Below, piece by piece: positions 4,197 to 6,700 of a stretch of 6,700 bases of DNA (the first letter of the stretch is position 1; the number at the start of each line of letters is the position of its first letter). Both the position numbers and the translations under genes were made by a program. The notes under the pieces are model-generated. The model saw only the letters and a list, made by a program, of their open reading frames with translations, had not been told where the DNA came from and did not search any database. The stretch covers positions 1 through 6,700 of IMG/VR virus record IMGVR_UViG_3300010409_000030; one strand, written 5' to 3'. This DNA comes from a virus.

Positions 4197-5564
4197 TCAC
4201 CTAAATATAATAAAAGCGGCAATCATTAAGCCGAGGAATAAAAATAAAAGCTGAATTGGGGCCAACCCATCTTGGTAGTCAGTAAGGCAAATTTCTCTTG
4301 TAACATCGCCAAAAGTAATGAAATCAATACAAGAAGGAGTCGCAGAACTAATTAATTCAACATCGAAAATATCTTCAGCTTCAGAACGAACAAGGCCAAT
4401 TTGAGTCTTTAATCCTGCAAGTTCTGTCAAAATCTCAGCTTCAATTGAATCAGTATCAAATTCCCCGATCACCCCCGAAGGATTAAAGTTAATACAGCTA
4501 AGACCGTTAGGATCAGACTCACAAGTAACATCTTGTTCTGCGGGTTCGCCATCACTGCCCGAACTTTCCGTACTAGTGTTAGAGCTAGTTTTATTTCCTG
4601 AGGAGTCATAAGTTTCACTTGTATTGGTTGTTTGAGAACCCGACAAAGACGGGGAAGTAGTTTGAGTAATTGTGTTGTTTTTTATATCAACTACGGTGGT
4701 ATCGACTGGAGTCTGAGTGTAGTCAGTGGTAGTAGAAGATTGGACAGTTTTTGAACCGTCCGAAGCAGTTGTAATAGACGTTACTGTGGTTTCACTCTTT
4801 ATTAAACCCTGCGTATCAGTAATGGTCTTTTTATCTGTAGTTGTTTGAATAGTAATACCAGTAGATTTAGTTTCTGTTAAAACGTCAGTTTTAGTCTCTA
4901 CGATAGAACCATCGGGCAAAGATGTAGTAATAGGATCGTTAAAAGTTTGAGTTGAAGTATCTTTTGTATAGTCACCATCAGTCAATAAATTATCAGGTTC
5001 ATCTAAACTATCAGGATGAGAATCATCAAAAACCTCTTTTTCATCATCAGTAGGAAAACCTGTATATGTATATTCAATAAGTGCTGCACATTGAATCGAA
5101 GTTTTAGAAGGGTCTTTATAACAAGCGTAGGTATCACGCTCATTACTTACCACGTCACAACCTTGATAAGAATACTGATTACTAAAAGAAATTACCATTT
5201 CACCATCATTATCTCGCACAGGACTTGGAACAAACCTTTTAATAACAGTACCAGTTTCAGGACAATTAACTGGAGGAGGTGTCAAACTACATTCAAATGA
5301 ATCAGAAACATACGTACAATTTTCATCACCTAAAACCGCCATCCTAAAATAATGACCAACATCTTGGGATGGTCTAAAATAGCCCTTGGTCGGTGTGCTT
5401 GAACATTGGCGAGAATAAAGCCAAGTAAACGCCCTAGCTTCAGCATTGCAGGCAGCACGTAATGCAGTAACATTGGTGTAATATTTATTATAAGTAAGAG
5501 CAAAAGCTTCAAAAGATAAAACCGACGTAATAAGCCCAAAGAAACCCAGAAAAAAATACTTCAT
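4197..5564 (-). CDS. pIII/OrfU-like minor coat adsorption protein
   Basis: 455 aa. Signal peptide MKYFFLGFFGLITSVLSFEAFA. N-terminal domain with 8 Cys. Long Thr/Ser-rich low-complexity linker (about res 195-340, nt about 4545-4982). C-terminal domain with 4 Cys. Terminal TM anchor LLFLFLGLMIAAFIIFR. Its position between the major coat gene and the pVI-like gene is canonical. Confidence 0.8.
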   Translation of the reverse strand: MKYFFLGFFGLITSVLSFEAFALTYNKYYTNVTALRAACNAEARAFTWLYSRQCSSTPTKGYFRPSQDVGHYFRMAVLGDENCTYVSDSFECSLTPPPVNCPETGTVIKRFVPSPVRDNDGEMVISFSNQYSYQGCDVVSNERDTYACYKDPSKTSIQCAALIEYTYTGFPTDDEKEVFDDSHPDSLDEPDNLLTDGDYTKDTSTQTFNDPITTSLPDGSIVETKTDVLTETKSTGITIQTTTDKKTITDTQGLIKSETTVTSITTASDGSKTVQSSTTTDYTQTPVDTTVVDIKNNTITQTTSPSLSGSQTTNTSETYDSSGNKTSSNTSTESSGSDGEPAEQDVTCESDPNGLSCINFNPSGVIGEFDTDSIEAEILTELAGLKTQIGLVRSEAEDIFDVELISSATPSCIDFITFGDVTREICLTDYQDGLAPIQLLFLFLGLMIAAFIIFR

Positions 5565-5579
5565 ATAATTAACTCAGAT

Positions 5580-5605
5580 AAAAAAAAAGGAGCCTAAGCC
5601 CCTTT
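5580..5605 (-). terminator. Rho-independent terminator downstream of the major coat gene
   Basis: The minus-strand RNA reads AAAGGGGC UUAG GCUCCUUU followed by a U-run. That is an 8-bp stem including one G-U pair and a 4-nt loop; the T-run (9 A at 5580-5588 on the plus strand) supplies the last three stem pairs. The placement mirrors the terminator after gene VIII in Ff phages. Confidence 0.8.
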
Positions 5606-5677
5606 ATATATACCAACCGAGCCGAACGCCCGTAACGAACGCACTAGCCGCAGCAGCTCCAAGGAGCATGGAAAAAA

Positions 5678-5896
5678 TCAAATTTTACGGATCATTCCAA
5701 GAACTACACCAACAACCACGAAGGATGCGACAGCAGCAATTACCATTTGCCCGATTGATAAACCGGAAGTTTCCGCAGCAGTAATAGCTGTTTGAACAGC
5801 TGTATCATCAAGAGCAGCATGGGCCTGTGAAACAACAAGAGCAGAACCAGTAGCAAAAGTCGCAGCTAAACTTTTTAAGATAAAACCTTTATTCAT
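5678..5896 (-). CDS. Major coat protein (pVIII/Cep-like) precursor
   Basis: 72 aa. A 27-aa signal peptide ends AHA, then a 45-aa mature peptide ALDDTAVQTAITAAETSGLSIGQMVIAAVASFVVVGVVLGMIRKI. The mature peptide has an acidic N-terminus, a hydrophobic core and a basic C-terminus. SD AGGA lies 8 nt upstream. ATGA overlaps the upstream gene. A terminator follows. Confidence 0.85.
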   Translation of the reverse strand: MNKGFILKSLAATFATGSALVVSQAHAALDDTAVQTAITAAETSGLSIGQMVIAAVASFVVVGVVLGMIRKI

Positions 5897-6123
5897 TTTA
5901 ATTTCCTTAACATTGAGATAATAAAACCGACTGTAAGACCAGCAACAAACAATACTATGACTGCTTGAAAACCATAATCGAACGAATCGCGATCAAAACC
6001 GAAAACCTCGGCACTTACTTCATTTTTAATCTGTTCAAGAGATAAAGCCTGCCAGCCTTCAGAACAGGTTGCGGTATTTTGGGCGGTAGATACAGGATCA
6101 CCAGAACAGACTAGAAAATTCAT
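5893..6123 (-). CDS. Small C-terminally anchored protein (76 aa); candidate minor virion or assembly protein in the psh/gVII-gIX position
   Basis: One C-terminal TM (AVIVLFVAGLTVGFIISM) followed by RKLK. The ATG immediately follows the TAA of the gV-like gene (TAAATG). Assigned by position and topology only. Confidence 0.55.
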   Translation of the reverse strand: MNFLVCSGDPVSTAQNTATCSEGWQALSLEQIKNEVSAEVFGFDRDSFDYGFQAVIVLFVAGLTVGFIISMLRKLK

Positions 6124-6450
6124 TTAAATATCTATTACTTGAAATAATTTTAAATCACGGCCATCAATGTTCAGTGAGCCAAAATTATCAAAAACTAAAG
6201 ACGGTAAAATATCCATCACATAAAAACCAACAGGAAAAGGCGAATTTTTAGAAGCAACTTGAATCTGAAATTGACGTGGATACTTTTGTGAAGGGTCATG
6301 TAAATAAGCGATTTGCTTACTAATCGAATAATCTTTACCAGCTTTTGAAACACCCTCACGATGATCAATATCAGTACTAAAAATTTCAATCACTGGAGGA
6401 TGGATACGATGCTGTTTAGCAGCTAATTCTAAAACTTTATTAATTTGCAT
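6124..6450 (-). CDS. gV-type ssDNA-binding protein
   Basis: 108 aa. The segment REGVSKAGKDYSISKQIAYL..YPRQFQIQV..PFPVGFYVMD..FDNFGSLNIDGRDLKL aligns by eye with M13 gVp as I recall it (RSGVSRQGKPYSLNEQLCYV..YPVLVKITL..YAPGLYTVHL..VGQFGSLMIDRLRL). Shared elements are GVS, GK-YS, YP, PG-Y and FGSL-ID. SD AAGG lies 8 nt upstream. Confidence 0.88.
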   Translation of the reverse strand: MQINKVLELAAKQHRIHPPVIEIFSTDIDHREGVSKAGKDYSISKQIAYLHDPSQKYPRQFQIQVASKNSPFPVGFYVMDILPSLVFDNFGSLNIDGRDLKLFQVIDI

Positions 6451-6487
6451 ATTTATAACCTTTTTTATTTAATTCTATATGAGAATG

Positions 6488-6515
6488 ATTATATTAAACT
6501 GTGTAAGAATGTATA
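6488..6515 (-). promoter_or_regulatory. Candidate promoter for the gV-coat operon (copy also at 38-65)
   Basis: On the minus strand: TATACA (6515..6510), a 16-nt spacer, then a perfect TATAAT (6493..6488). This lies about 38 nt upstream of the gV-like ATG. The -35 overlaps the 8-bp tandem repeats. Confidence 0.4.
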
Positions 6516-6611
6516 AGTGTCAAAGTGTAAAAGTATTAAAGAAAATTAGCAAACAATAATATTAATAATTTGTATAATGGAAAATGTAATATGATTTTAA
6601 TAGGCAATACA

Positions 6612-6700
6612 ATGAATGAACTAAAAACGATAAAGATAACAGACGAAGCACATAGAGCACTTGTACTGGGGAAAGCGATGGACGGAATTGCAATGACAAA
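6612..6700 (+). CDS. Duplicate 5-prime part of the RHH-like gene (same gene as 162..341), truncated by the window end
   Basis: It lies inside the exact terminal overlap and is not an independent locus. Confidence 0.6.
   Translation, partial: MNELKTIKITDEAHRALVLGKAMDGIAMT

Larger units (their letters stand above)
1..6450 (-). mobile_element. Unit-length circular genome of a filamentous phage (inovirus-like); the main coding strand is the window minus strand
   Basis: Full canonical module order: rep, ssDNA-binding protein, small coat proteins, pIII-like, pVI-like, Zot/pI. An exact 250-bp terminal overlap closes the circle at 6450 bp. The genome is AT-rich and compact, with overlapping start and stop codons. 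Confidence 0.9.
6451..6700. repeat. Terminal redundancy, copy B (identical to 1-250)
   Basis: Same as copy A. The sequence restarts at atttataaccttttttattt immediately after the ATG (6448-6450, minus strand) of the gV-like gene. Confidence 0.97.

Noticed and set aside
4193-4222. 10-codon N-terminal extension of the pVI-like ORF, overlapping the pIII-like gene
   Set aside because: The ATG at 4192 follows the pIII stop by 4 nt and uses AGGTGA as its SD. The longer form has no SD and needs a 26-nt overlap.
5016-5539. ORFs 5016..5300 (plus) and 5330..5539 (minus), inside the pIII-like gene
   Set aside because: They are nested or antisense within a gene that has a coherent signal peptide, domain and anchor architecture. 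Their composition is typical of off-frame translation.
1-6700. CRISPR arrays, tRNA or rRNA genes, transposase or IS elements
   Set aside because: No spaced direct repeats of CRISPR type, no cloverleaf-capable GC-rich segment of 70-90 nt, and no ORF with transposase-like size or motifs were seen. All large ORFs are accounted for by phage functions.

Overview
The window holds one complete, circularly permuted genome of a small filamentous ssDNA phage (inovirus-like, with CTXphi/Ff-type gene order). Bases 1-250 recur exactly at 6451-6700, so the unit length is 6450 bp and the ends are an assembly overlap of a circle.

Nearly all coding is on the minus strand. In transcription order around the circle:
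- an HUH rolling-circle Rep (1598..342)
- a gV-type ssDNA-binding protein (6450..6124)
- a small C-terminally anchored virion-protein candidate (6123..5893)
- a signal-peptide major coat protein (5896..5678), followed by a clean intrinsic terminator
- a pIII-like adsorption protein (5564..4197)
- a pVI-like membrane protein (4192..3872)
- a Zot/pI assembly ATPase (3872..2643), followed by a 16-bp-stem hairpin

No secretin, integrase or convincing dif-like attP is visible.

The non-core content is the most interesting part.
1. A tightly coupled three-gene operon sits at 2444..1803 in the slot where CTXphi carries ctxAB. It has its own extended -10 promoter embedded in repeated TGATATCA palindromes. 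It encodes a 94-aa ribbon-helix-helix-like/coiled-coil protein, a 68-aa Cys-containing protein and a 51-aa two-TM peptide. The peptide is too short for the ORF track, and none of the three is recognisable to me.
2. A plus-strand RHH-like gene (162..341) is wedged between rep and gV and abuts the rep stop codon. Tandem 8-bp repeats lie in its upstream region.
3. Candidate origin or packaging structures lie in the two intergenic regions.

Functional calls for gV, Zot, Rep and the coat proteins rest on motifs and synteny read by eye. Calls for the accessory genes are inference only.
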